From Dirinaria sp. TL-2023a (Eukaryota): a stretch of 53,773 bases of DNA. A program made the translations under genes and the position numbers. This document shows positions 23,935-35,868 of the stretch, one piece after another; the stretch's first letter is position 1; every line of letters begins with the position of its first letter. The stretch spans positions 1 to 53,773 of the forward strand of contig JAVEBF010000017.1 in assembly GCA_051941275.1 (NCBI GenBank). Reading direction: 5' to 3'. The notes beneath the pieces are model-generated. The model was not told the DNA's origin. It saw only the letters and a list, made by a program, of their open reading frames with translations, and did not search any database.

Positions 23935-25500
23935 TTATAGTGGAATGTCCTCCAACATTTCTGTTGCGCCTTCACGTCCGACGGTGATGATCACGTCACC
24001 TAGGGTTTTACTCCTAAAACCCGCCTCGCAATAGGTAAAATAATACTAATGCTACGTCAGCGGCAGTTGCAAGACGACTCGTGCCTCACTTTGCATACCT
24101 GCCATTTCCGCCTGAACAGCTCTACATCCTTCTTTGTCATGCTTTCATGCTCCTCTAGCAGGGCAGGCCGAATGCGACTGTCGAAGTTGCTTTCGAACCG
24201 TTGTCGCCATAAGCGCAATGTTTTTGCGTAGTGTCCTCCAATATTCAGGATTGCATCTGGTACTAAGGTTCCTCCAGAACCTCGCTCAATGCTTCGGATC
24301 AACTGGCTTACAGTCGGCAAGTGGCCGCCAGGAAATATGTATTTGCGGATGAAATCTTCGCCTTTCGAATATGCTTCATATCGGCTCTCGGGCATGGTAA
24401 TGCATTGGAATACGGCAATACCTCCTTCGGGTTTCAGCAAGCGGCTGATGCATCCGAAGTAGGTCTCCAGGTACTCGCGCCCGACTGCTTCAAGCATTTC
24501 AATGCTGACTATTTTATCGTAGCTTTTATTTTCTCGCGCCGACATAGCCCGGTAGTCGCATAACAGTACCCTGATTTGCGCTGAGAGCCCTGCAGCTTTG
24601 ATGCGGTCCTCGGCCAGCTCTTTCTGTTCCTTACTCAGAGTCAGACTGGTCACTCTGCAACCCGTTTCCTGAACCGCCGATATAGCGAAACTACCCCAAC
24701 CCGTCCCAATCTCCAACACATGGTCCGTCTCTTTTATCCTCGCTTGGGTGATGAAATACCGTAGCTTTCGTTTCTGCGCGTCTTCCAAAGATTCGTATGC
24801 CGCACTCGGGTCGGACAGTGGGGACCAAATGGGGCATGAGTACGTCATATCCTCGGAGAGGAAGGCAGCGAACATGGCATTACTAATGTCATAGTGCGCG
24901 GACACATTTAGTCGAGAATTGGCAAGCGTATTGGTGCTACGAGCAAGATTGGTCAAAGTCGAAGCGATCGAGGAGGTTAACGTCGTTGCATTTGAGAGGA
25001 GGGTGCGATTGAAGATGAATACCTGACATTCTCAGTGGGTGCTCGATTAAAATCGGTCAATCTCCATCCGCAGTACCTGGAAGAAAGCGACGAGGTCCGG
25101 ACATGAAAATTCACCAAGCATGAAGCTTTCTGCGAATCCCTTTCGTCTCCAGTCAGCTCGCAAACTACTAGTAGTTGCCTCTTAGCAGAGATCCCTCTTC
25201 TACATTACCGTCAAGAGGGGGCATATTTAAAAACTAGCTCACCATATCCGCGAACAAGAGCACGCGGACCCAGAAGGCCTCCTTGAACACCCTAAGTTCC
25301 GTCCTCGGACTTCCGTCCTTCACCTGCGGAGTTCCACACAACGTCACCAAGCCGTCACTATCCTTTACTACAAGCTGCCCCACTGCAATGCGCTTAAGCA
25401 GGCGAAGTATGGTGCTTCTGGAGAAGCGGACTAAAGGTTCCCAAGTGAAAGCCCCAGCGTAGGCTCGCACGGTATCAAGAGTGTATGTGAGCGCGGCCAT
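23935..25500 (-). CDS. Cyclopropane-fatty-acyl-phospholipid synthase family SAM methyltransferase (4 exons)
   Basis: DM|GFAESFMLGE, NVSAHYDISN, MTYSC, LEIGTGWG, SIEMLEAVG, FIRKYIFPGG and RKWQ|YYFTYCEAGF. Confidence 0.92.
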
Positions 25501-25875
25501 GCCGTTAAGGCGAGGAAAGTTGGCAAGGGCTGCCCCAGACCAGGACGTCACAGCCAGAACCGGCCAGTATAGCCCGGCAATATTCGAGGGCAGGACGAAT
25601 CTAAGGCCGATACAGTCAATTGAGCACCAACAGCCTTCTTCAAACCCATGGACAGCTCAGGCAGAGTTGTGAAAGCATGAAGCGTGCCTGGTGCCTGGCA
25701 GCGCGCAAACGAAAAATACCTATGGTACCTTATGTATTGTGTGTACATCGTCATTACCTTGACAGGGATTGTTCAAAAATGCACTAAGCACCCCTGGTGG
25801 GGCTTAAAACGCGGACGCGGCACCACCACCCCTCCGTCGGTTGATTTGTCCCGCATGCCGGCGTCCCAACAAATA

Positions 25876-26256
25876 TCAGTAAGGTGTATTTCTACCTACA
25901 GTGCTGTACCTTACAGTGGTCGCTCCGGTGAAAGCACGCTGCTCCATTTGATCAATAATTGCTATGATGACTAAGGTTAGTAGGTGCCCAGAGGTACCTA
26001 CCTTACCTAAAGTAAGCACTCTCACATAAGGCACATACATACTTTAGGGAGGAGAGAAAGGTCGCGCAGTAGCGATACAAGTAATTGGCGGCAAGACTAA
26101 CGCCATCACTGCGCCTTCCCTCCCACCGCAACAACCACATGTCCCTTGCCTTAGGTACTGTAGGTACGGAAGGTACAGCATGCCTACAATTTTACCTTAC
26201 CTACATGACCTTAAGTTACCTTAGGTGCATAGTAAGGAAGGCGTTAGAAAGTACCT
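25876..26256. promoter_or_regulatory. GGTAAGGTA/TACCTTAC motif cluster upstream of the CFA gene
   Basis: gtaaggtg, tgtaccttac, ggtacctaccttaccta, ccttaggtac, ttaccttaccta and ttaccttagg. Confidence 0.4.
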
Positions 26257-27217
26257 GAAGCAGGCGTGTTCCATCCTCAGCACGGAATGACGTTGCTCCA
26301 CTGTCAACAGTCACCATTTCTTTGGAAGAGTTCGGCTTCGAACTGTTCTGCTGGTCAGCAATGACGGTTTCGATGTTTCACAACCTTATGCTTTGTCTTT
26401 CAACTGGGTTGTTAAAGTATGCAACACCGTTCCGGGAAGCTGAAGCCTGTTGAACTGAACTTTAAGTATGGTGATCACATTGTCGGGCACTGTTGGCACG
26501 GAAGGCCAAACATTCGTAGATATCTGGAAACCTGTCTACAAGTATTTTGTAGATTACAGATACTATATGGTGCGTTACGCTCATTACTCGTGTTGAGAGT
26601 GTTGCTCTCAATTTCTATCATCATGATCGTAAAATAGAGTCCATTTCCCGTGGAAATGCACTGGGAGCACAAAGCAAGCCCAGGAGCACCCTAAGCTCAT
26701 CACTCCAAACCCGAACGGCTCAAAAAAAGAACGACTGGAGGAAGCTAGATGGTACGTATCATAATCAGGGTATGCTGGCCCACCATATCTCATTGCAAAG
26801 TATATTTGTTGTGAGTGAAGGTTCTTGCTGGGTACTGGCCAAATGCCTCAGTATCGGACCCAGTACTTCGCAAACACTCGCATTGTGCATGACTGTGAAT
26901 ATGATAATCAGGCACATCACTAAGTTAAAGTACTTGGTTTTATATGGCGTGAGTGACGTATTCAGCATCGCACTTCCATATCACTTCTACGCGCCTGCCG
27001 CGTCTAGCTTTGCTTGAACACTGACCTTCATTCCAAGCTCACTCTTCCTCCGAATCGTTTCTTACAGGACTTTAGACATTCGATGATCTCTGTCGCTGCA
27101 TAACTCCTTCAGACCAGGGCTCAATCTGACCAAGTTCCCTAGAAAACGCTTTGACTAGGTCGCTAGTCTCATGATTCTGCATTCGAAGCAACTGCTGCGT
27201 ATCCTGCGGCTAACGCC

Positions 27218-28125
27218 ATGGCGTAAGACACTCTGCTCATAGGACCCTGGAAACTGTAGCTGATCTGGAGTTCAGTATTTTGAGGGCCCGCAAGTCTGGC
27301 TCAGCGGCCAAAGGGGCCGACTCCGAACCTCACTATGTCGATGCCAGCACTCAGACAACACCGCCTCCAGAAGAGTCAAATTTTCAGCCGCCGAAGATAG
27401 TACCTGATCCAGAAGCTGAGAAGGCGAAGTTCGTTTGCACTGTTTGCCTATCTCGTGGTTTTACATTCTTGGAGCTTCCTCCCGAAATTCGCAACATGAT
27501 TTACGAGTACACCTTTGTCAAGCCTCAATACATTGGGAAGCATTGCACGTTGTCGAAAGGCTTCTATCAGGACCTGAACAAATGGCGTAACCTCGCGTTT
27601 GCGAGGACTTGCCGCCAGATTTACGAAGAGTCAACCCTCATTTTCTTTGTCAAAAACGGTTTCGAGTTTGCCTGTCAGCGCTCGGCGGTGGGGTTCCTAA
27701 AAGCGATCAAGCATGAGCGTCGTTTGCTCCTTACGAAGATCCGCTTTGTTTTCGCGACCTCTGGATTCCCTTACGAGCCGCTGGTGTTAATTGACGCTTG
27801 TAAAAATCTCCAGGTCTTAGAAGTCCAGGTCAGGGGGACTTCTTATCCGGATGACAAAACCTGCTGGATCCAGAATCTACGTGACGCAAAGAAACTTGTT
27901 CTTGGTGACGCGACCGACTTTGACTGGCAAGAACCGCAACATGTTGCCCTCCCCGGCCATCGTGGACATCTCGACGCGAACCCCGGCTGGGGCGTCTCCA
28001 TGGGACTGGCGAATCGTCGCAGCCGTATGACGTCAAGCATTGAGGATTTGCAGCGGCAGAAGCAGTCTAACTCAGAAGAAGAAGCAGCTGGGAAAACCCC
28101 ACGTGTACATCCACTACTCAGATAA
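27218..28125 (+). CDS. Hypothetical protein with an F-box-like 'FLELPPEIRNMIY...TCRQIYEE' domain (2 exons)
   Basis: ATG-GC|gtaaga...ttcag intron (27223-27275) joins in frame to the 281-aa ORF. The motif is typical of expanded Pezizomycotina F-box-like/2EXR-like families. Confidence 0.7.
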
Positions 28126-28879
28126 AGATATAGGCCGGTAATGTTTGTGTTGCTCTCCGAGTTGCGAGAGGATTTTCGTGATTCAACAGCAAGCGTAGCA
28201 CATACGCTAATTTTTGGTCGTGCAGTGTTTCAGTTGCATTACTCAACCGGATAACATCCATACCGCTCCAAACAGCCTTGAAGGTTTTACAGGCGGTAGC
28301 CTCATACAGCACGACAAATTGGCTTCATCTTCGAGGTGTAGCTTCCAGGAGCTAAGGCATCGATAAACAAACAGGACGGCATTTCTACTCTGACTTAAGA
28401 TTTACACAGATGGACATTCCAACATTAAAACTACAGCAGGAGGCTCGCACTGGTAACTCTAACTAGACTATCGAGCACATGCCTTTTGCTGATCCTCCCT
28501 TTTGTCCCTAGTTAAAGCGGTAAACAGAGGTAGACTTACAGCTACGACTGAAACATGCACACTATCAAGTAATGGTACATTTGAAACTGAAAACTTGTGG
28601 CATGAAGCGAATTGAGTGATGCGAATTCGTGCATAAGCACACGGCTTTCTATGCAGTAGATTTGATGTGTACTAATCCACAGTAGTGAAAGTTAAGGAGG
28701 CAGTCAGCTAGCCATATTGGCCTACCTTTTGACACCGACGCCATACCACAGCACACAAATCCTGCCATCTTTGCACCACCCTTTCATTTCTCTAGGAAAA
28801 GAACTAGTAGCGCTCTTCCTGCTGACGCCGAACGATGATTCTACTGTCAGGAGCACCTACTTGATACTCAGTACTCCAC

Positions 28880-29316
28880 CAGACGACCCATTTCAAATAC
28901 CAATCAAGACTCCCACACCACATTTTTCATGTATGCTCCATTGTCCGCTTTTTTTTCACTCGTATTACCCAGCGACTCTGATCGAGAGTCTTCTGTTTGG
29001 TCTTGGGATCTTGTGCTTGAGAGATAAGGCGGGCAGCCTCTCGATTGGCAGCGGTCCGTATGGGTGCTTCCACCTCATTCAATGTGGTGGACAAATATGC
29101 AACGCTGTGTTCTGGATCAAGATTGTTTCACTCGTGCATATTTGTCAAGCTGTGGGTGCTAGGGGACTATGCAGCTTTGAAAGACTTGAAAGGAGAACAG
29201 TGCCCTCATGTTCCAAGATACTATGGCTGACAGGGTAAGCAATGACGATTTCGCTGAAGCTAATGTGCGAAGAGTCATGCCGAGAAGGAGATTACGCATG
29301 GAGCAGCTTGAAACGC
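28880..29316 (+). pseudogene. Possible decayed BTB/POZ-domain gene
   Basis: Segments in three frames (H..MLHCPLFF...IES; FVKLWVLGDYAALKDLK; ENSALMFQD...LR) resemble fungal BTB protein motifs and are linked by apparent frameshifts. Confidence 0.35.
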
Positions 29317-30974
29317 TCAACAACCAAAGTATTTCTTCTCGATCCACCTTTCCATCCAATCCTCTACGACCATTCCTACCACAACCCTGGCGCCGGGAAA
29401 CACTTTGAGTAATCGGTTCATACCCACAATACCGGCAAAACAACATATAAAGATGATTTGCTCCGGTTTAACTCCATGATCCACCAATACCTTGACAGCC
29501 ATCAGTGCAGCACCTCCGCTGCTCATTTGTGTGTCAAGGACCAACACGCCTTCATGATCTTCGATGCTGGGGGATAGCCGAGAAAAATATAGCTCAGGTT
29601 CGCCGGTACGGTAATTAGTCTGAATGAGTATACGGCCAGTAGCACAGTCAGGAATTACCCGCCTGAGGCCTGTCTCGAGACACGCCCCACCACGTAGAAC
29701 GACGACTGCCGAGATGGACGTGGCTAAAGAAAGACCCCTGTAATTGTGGCCTTGTGGAGTGGTCACAGTGATTGCGGGATATGGCAGGGTTTCCATTGCT
29801 CTACCCGTTTGGTCAGCTCGATGACTGCATTTGCAAGGGGGGAGAACATTGTAATAGAGCAAGTATGAAACAAACACGCATTCTAACCTTTCGACAAGCA
29901 AACTAGAGAGCCTGTCAAAGTAGAAGTTGAAGTCCACAGCGTCGGTCATCGGGTTTTGAATGATAGTGCACATGCCAACAATCTGCTTTGTCTGTTTAAG
30001 AAGGAGAATATCTGAGGACAGAGGCTCATCTCTGACTTCCTGGCGAAGTCTTCGAAGCTCAGCTTGATGGAGTTTCGACTTCTCTGCCAGAGTTCTTTGT
30101 ATGTGCTTTACAATCATATCGATGGCGACGCGGTTCTGCATACCTCGAGGTACGATGATATCTGGAGCCACTGAGCTGATTGGCCACGATATGAATGGCT
30201 AAGTAGGAAGCTTACCTGCACTCTTCCTCTGTGGCTGCACATAGCGCTCGAAATTTGGCTTTACGTGCGAGATCCATTGTTGAATGCAACCGTCTATTTT
30301 TCTCCCCCTCTCTTTGACATCGCGAGTAACTTGCTTTCACTTGGCATCAGCTAATGAACCGGAGTCTACGAATGAACACAGCCAATTGCTTTGACACATA
30401 CTTCTTCTTGCGAGACAAAGGTCGGCATCTGCCTCAGTAAAGATCTTCATATCCAACAAATCTAATACGCGCTGATCATACAATGCAAAAATCCCCTCCA
30501 GTATTAGTACATGTGGTGAATAAATCGACGTTGTTCGCTCCTGGCGTTGATGCTCCTCGAAGGAGTATATTGGTATGTCCGCACGGCGGCTACCTACTGT
30601 GAGCAGCAAATAAGTGGATATGGACTGTCAAAGTAGATCTATACCCTTGCTTAAGATCGCGTAATCGCTCCACTAAAAGATCGAAATCGATTGCTTCAGG
30701 CGAGTCAAGATCGTACTCATTTCGATGCGCTAAGGTGTGTTGCGTAGGTGTCAAGGCTTTGTAGAATGAATCCTTGTGCTGCTGTTAGCGGCACTGAAGT
30801 CCTTGGGGAGGAAGCTAGAAGAAAGAAGCTTGCCATCGAGAGTATGACCACCCATGGCAAGTTCAGCGACGAGACGATTTCAAGAGCCAAAGATGTCTTC
30901 CCTGACCCAGAACTACCAGCTATGCCGATAATGTTTGTATCGGTCCATGGCGGAGAATACTGTGCTCGTTCCAT
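29317..30974 (-). CDS. URK1: Uridine kinase with C-terminal UPRTase-like domain (6 exons; first intron GC-AG)
   Basis: YSPPW, GIAGSSGSGKTS P-loop, SM|DSFYK, ILEGIFAL, VVLRGGACLE, GRILIQTN, TGEPELY and LDTQMSSGGAALMA. Confidence 0.93.
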
Positions 30975-31382
30975 CTTGCTTTGGCTGCAGCATGAAGTCC
31001 CAGCTTTCAAACTAGTGCAAAATATTGATGAATGTTCGAGCCATACTACGAAATGATATCATCTTCCACGGAATCATTGAGGCAAGGTAGCGCCAATAAC
31101 AACCTAATTTACCCAGCAGATCACTATCACATGTCAAGACCTGCTTGTATTGCCTATATTCTTAACCGAGCTCGCTAAGCGCTGCTTGAATGCTTAATCT
31201 CCGCGGCTGTACCGTCTGAGGCGTTTAGACGGACCGTAATACCTAGCTCCCGTGATTAAGAGCAAGCCCCCAGCAATATGCCAAACAGACATATTAGTTC
31301 TCCAGTACCATTCCCGATCCCATACACAAGCAGATTCACCGAGTCGATTGATGAAGAGGAAGAAGCGTCGCTGTTGTCAAAC

Positions 31383-32667
31383 ATGGTATGACCGGAATAC
31401 CTCACTGATTCTGGTGTTGTCCTACCTCTAACCTCAAGAAAATAATAGACTTCATCCACTACTTCCACTGCAACTCCCCCTCAGCACCCATTTGAAAAGC
31501 GCGTGGACGAGATTAAACTTTCAAAAGAGTATGTATTCCGTCATTATCAGTATCAAATCAGCTGTCGTGATGTTTCAATGATGCGTCTTACATCAAGTTG
31601 GGAATCTCTCCTAGAATTTCTTGCGGATACGGTAATCTATAAAAACTTGTTCTTCTGATACAATAACAATTCGGCAGCATCGAAAATATTAGCCATTCTC
31701 GTATTGTCGAAGCCTACCTGCTGACATGTGACTGTTTTACTTGCAGCGACCTTAATGGGTTGGTCATGGACTATCTCATTAGTGAAGGATACCCGGATGC
31801 CGCGGCCAAATTCGCAAAAGAAGCCAACGTTTCGTCAAGGGTTGATGTGGATACTGTGCATGAGAGAGTCGAAATCCGGAACTTGATCTACCGAGAAAAG
31901 ATCCAGGAAGCAATCGAGAAGATCAACGAGATCAATCCTCAGGTAAGTACAGAGCACCCGACTGAATCCGCGCTCCGTCAGATCTATTGGTTTCCGTTTG
32001 CTATGATTAATTTTGTTCATGCACCACTCATATATCTCTCAAGATGTTGATGAGAGCAAAACAATCACTTCAGTCTTCAGTCTGAGCAACCCGGTTTTCG
32101 TACTTCATCACAATCGCATATTTTATCCACAAAAGGTCACTAATGTGCGCATACCAGCTTCTCGACCAAGATCCAAACTTGCATTTTGCCCTTCTCCGTC
32201 TCCAGCTTATTGAGCTGATCCGCAAATGCCTGGCCAAAGCACCCAATGATGAGCAAGAATTCCTAGCTGCTCAACAGTTTGCCGAGATACACCTCGGCCC
32301 ACGAGCGCCAGCCTCACCGGAGACGCTAGCTGACCTTGAATCTACCATGCTGCTACTCCTCTTTCCAAGCGACAAGCCGATTCCCGAGAAGGCAGCAAAG
32401 GTTCTGGATCCGCAGCTGCGAGTCGATATCGCTACACGTGTCAACGAGGCTATTCTTGAGAGCACCGGTGAGCGTACCAAAGCGAGGCTCTTCGATCTTG
32501 TTCGGCTCCGCGCTTGGTCGGAGGAGAAAGCTAGAGAGATGAAGAAGGACTTGCCGGAGCATCTCGACATCGGGCTGGATCCTCCATCTCCCGTGCACAA
32601 TGGCCACAATGGTGTTCATGAAAGCTCGGCAACTGCCAACGGTGACGCCGAACCCATGGTGACTTAA
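31383..32667 (+). CDS. GID8: LisH/CTLH/CRA protein, GID-complex subunit Gid8-like (4 exons; first coding exon is ATG only)
   Basis: M|TSSTTSTATP..FEKRVDEIK..|DLNGLVMDYLISEGYPDAAAKFAKEA (LisH), RVEIRNLI..IEKINEINPQ|LLDQDPNLHFALLRLQLIELIR (CTLH). Introns at 31386-31448, 31529-31746 and 31943-32157. Confidence 0.88.
31578..31658 (+). ncRNA. Intronic box C/D snoRNA candidate in GID8 intron 2 (SNORD79/U79-like guide)
   Basis: Box C-like ATGATGC at 31578 (alternative GTGATGT at 31567). Guide TGGGAATCTC (31599-31608) is complementary to conserved LSU GAGAUUCCCA. D'-like CCTA, box D CTGA at 31655-31658; host intron 218 nt. Confidence 0.6.
31998..32089 (+). ncRNA. Intronic box C/D snoRNA candidate in GID8 intron 3 (snR40-like guide)
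   Basis: Terminal stem TTGC/GCAA, box C ATGATTA at 32003, guide CATGCACCAC complementary to SSU GUGGUGCAUG, C'-like TGATGA at 32048, box D CTGA at 32082-32085 preceded by AGTCTTCAG; host intron 215 nt. Confidence 0.78.
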
Positions 32668-34662
32668 CACCATGCCCCTAGTTATGTAATTTACCTAGCG
32701 AGGCGTTTCGGAAACATTGAACGAAGCATGGCAGGATGCATGACACTGTCAGAGATTCCCATGACACGGGCGATGCATGCGGCGTCAGCATCAATGCATG
32801 AGAGCATTAGGAAGCATATATCAAATTTGCAAAGGACACAGTGTGACCAATGAATCAACTGCTCCTTCTATTAGTCATGTGATCTCTGCTGATTTCTACA
32901 GTGACAAGCTCGCGAAGCTGCGTTATTGGATTGACATGCTCCTTTCCTCAGTGAACTTCTCATGTGGATGCCCTGTGTTATTCTAATGCCTTGAATCCAG
33001 GGAGCTGGGAACCTCATACGGTGCTTACATGTATGGCCTTGAGTTTGTGTCAAGAACAGGTGCCCTCGGCCCAATCTCGCCAGATGTGATTGTTCTATCA
33101 GCCGAGCTAAACCCAAACCCCGCATTTTTTCCAATCTCGGTCACCTCACACAGCGCAAAGCTGGATCTCGTCTACAGATGTGGTACCTAAATCCAAGGCA
33201 TGTGCATGTTCACTGACACTATTCGCGATCAACGTGTTCAAATTGTCCGATTTTTGCCATGTGAACAGAGGTATTGCAGCATGATGGTATTGAAAGATAA
33301 CCGCACAAATTCAGCACTCATACATGGTTACCTCTATCAAATCCTCGTCCACCAGCGTTCATTATTTAAGACACCCCTGCTACTTCCGTCTGATTGCTTT
33401 GAATGCAAGCTGCGGCGGTAATACTGCCCTCAAATCCGGCATATTGCTCCTATTCTTCTCAATTCGTGGTAACCCCTAGTCTGGCGGCGGTGTATTCCTC
33501 CTATCTATACCCAAAAAAAAAAACTCTGAAATCATGATTGAAGAATAATCATGCAGGATTAGCTTCTGGCCACCATAATCTGCATTTGCAGTGAGTATCA
33601 TGCAGAAGCTTGATATTCATTCGTGCTAACTCAGCCTCAAAAGAGAAATCAAATTCAAGACTAATGGCTAAAATCGCATCCAGTCGGCAATATGATGACG
33701 CCGATAGAGCTAAAAGGTACCTTATATCCGTTGTAGGATTCTACCGTAAATGGCAATCCTAGGTGAGACCGTGGATCTCAACCAGGCATGGAATCACCAG
33801 CGCTTCGGGGCTGTCGTTTTCAGCTCTGGTCTATGGGACAACCACGTGACAAAGATTAAGCGACAATTAGAGACTTATGCAGGAAGTCCATTAAAATTTC
33901 GAGGATCGCTTTGCCAGAAAGGCCAATGGTCCTCAAACCGCAAATTCCAGTTCCTACCTGACGTTGTCTCGCAACAAAGAATCCGTGATCCATGTCAAGC
34001 TTGTAATGGCATATCGTACACATGTTATGCATGTCGGACACATCCTGCTCACACAAATGGGATCCAATGAACCTCCTCGATGATGATGATGATCTATTCT
34101 TCGGCTCACAGTTCTTTGTCGATGCTACTGGCCACGCTATGGCTGCGGCAGAAGCAATAAATGGCAATTTAGAATATGACCCTGATCTAAGTTTTATGCT
34201 CTAGTTCTTTAGGATATAACTGCTACAAAGCAGCTTTTTATTACTTTTGATCGCCTGAAAGCTCTGAGGAGAACCTGGATTAGATGTGAAACAGCTTATG
34301 ACACTGTCTGTCCTACGTACCCACGAAGCTTGCGTCGTCACACTGAATAGCGAGTACCAACAAAATTTTCAAGGGTCAAGCGCTCAACTTCGGCGCGAGT
34401 GCGTCGCCGCAAACGCGGAAGATTTTGGATCGCAGCAAGCTCAAAGATGAGAGGTTCTGAGCTTCTATGGGTGGATGAATGTTGGCACGGGTCTGGCGCT
34501 TAGATAGCGCTCGCCGTTGGCTGGCAAGTTGAAAGGTAGTTACCTCAATATCCTATATCGTCCAGAAGCTGGCTGCTCCACCAACAGGATACAACCAAGA
34601 CCTTATTGCGTTATAGCGGAAGAGCCGTCTCCAATGCAAGCACCTGACTTGATGGTCTTTCT

Positions 34663-35571
34663 TCACTCGAAACTAGGCGCTAATGCAAGGAGACTGAATC
34701 TGAGGTCTCCACCTCCGGCTTCCTCTTCTCTTTTCAGAAAAGCTTTTACGCCGAGCTCGAGCGCTCTATCAGCCAGCGCGTCGTCACCATCGGGGAGGTT
34801 GCCCCTGTTCAGCGGCCCTTTCCTTCGTCCATCCAGCTCCCATAAGTGATTCTGGGACGACTTGATAAAAGCGACAAAATGCAAGTCAACCGATGCTGTT
34901 GCTGATAAAGCCGCCGTATCTCCTTGGGACGCGGCAAACTCATGCGCAGATGCAATGGCAGGGGTATTTTCAATCAAGCGTGCTCGAGGCTCCGGGCTGA
35001 GAGGCGTTGCTTCCACGATCAGCTTAGCGAGGGGAGTATCCTTTGCTAAGATATGAGGGTTCAGCTTGTTCAAGTATCCGACATTTGCACTGATGGTCTA
35101 GAATCACCTATCTGCTCCTTCGCTCCGCCGTTGCAGACAGAGTGCAACAGACCCATCATACCGCATGCATTGCCAATTGTTTGCCGGAACCACAGCACCT
35201 CTTCATCCGATCCATACCCAGAATAAGTTGGAAGAGAACTATCTTCCGCCACACGTGCGGTCTCGTATGTCTTCGAGACTGGAAAAACAAGCAGAAGGGC
35301 AAGAACAGGCCGGGGTACAAAGGCGAGGAGGGAAGGGTCGTCGAGAGAATACACATCGTGGAACGACAGGGTCGAGGAAAGGCCAAGCTTATGGACTAGC
35401 GCGGTCATGACCTCGGGATTATTCTCTAGAGTACAGTCAGCTTGCTCTTTGACAAGCTGGAGGCTAGAGCAACAGATTTCACCCACCGAGAGGAGCAAAC
35501 CGTATACTACCTTCGGGAACATCCGGACTGTGAATGTCTGCGGTCGGTGGCAGCGAGGTAGAATTTGCCAT
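34663..35571 (-). CDS. YUH1: Ubiquitin C-terminal hydrolase, peptidase C12 (UCH-L3/Yuh1), 3 exons
   Basis: FAPL|ENNPEVM, FHDVYSLDD, FRQTIGNACG (catalytic Cys), LHFVAF and LWELDGRRKGP. Confidence 0.92.
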
Positions 35572-35868
35572 CACGGATCTCAAGAAATATAATTCAGGAG
35601 TGCTACGTGCAATAGCGATCACCTCGAGAACCAAGAAGCGTCATGACATACGGTAGATGACTTGTCTCTGTGCGGTGTATAGATTTCGCAGCGACTCAGC
35701 AGAAACTTTAGGCAGGTAGGGCTGAGCTTTATGACGAAATACGCTAGTCCCTATCTCGACCTTCGCCGTCTTCCGTTCTAAGTACGAGTAGCTTTATCCG
35801 TCCTCCCATGTAAAGGACTGTAGCTCTGCACCTCGTACACTCGGGCCTAGGCCTGGGTCTGCACCTTC

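Noticed and set aside
16329..25500. LovD-like esterase plus methyltransferase as a secondary-metabolite cluster
   Set aside because: No PKS, NRPS or terpene backbone gene in the window; the neighbours are housekeeping genes.
26400..27020. Several 60-80 aa ORFs
   Set aside because: No motifs, no coherent splice model and no repeat structure.
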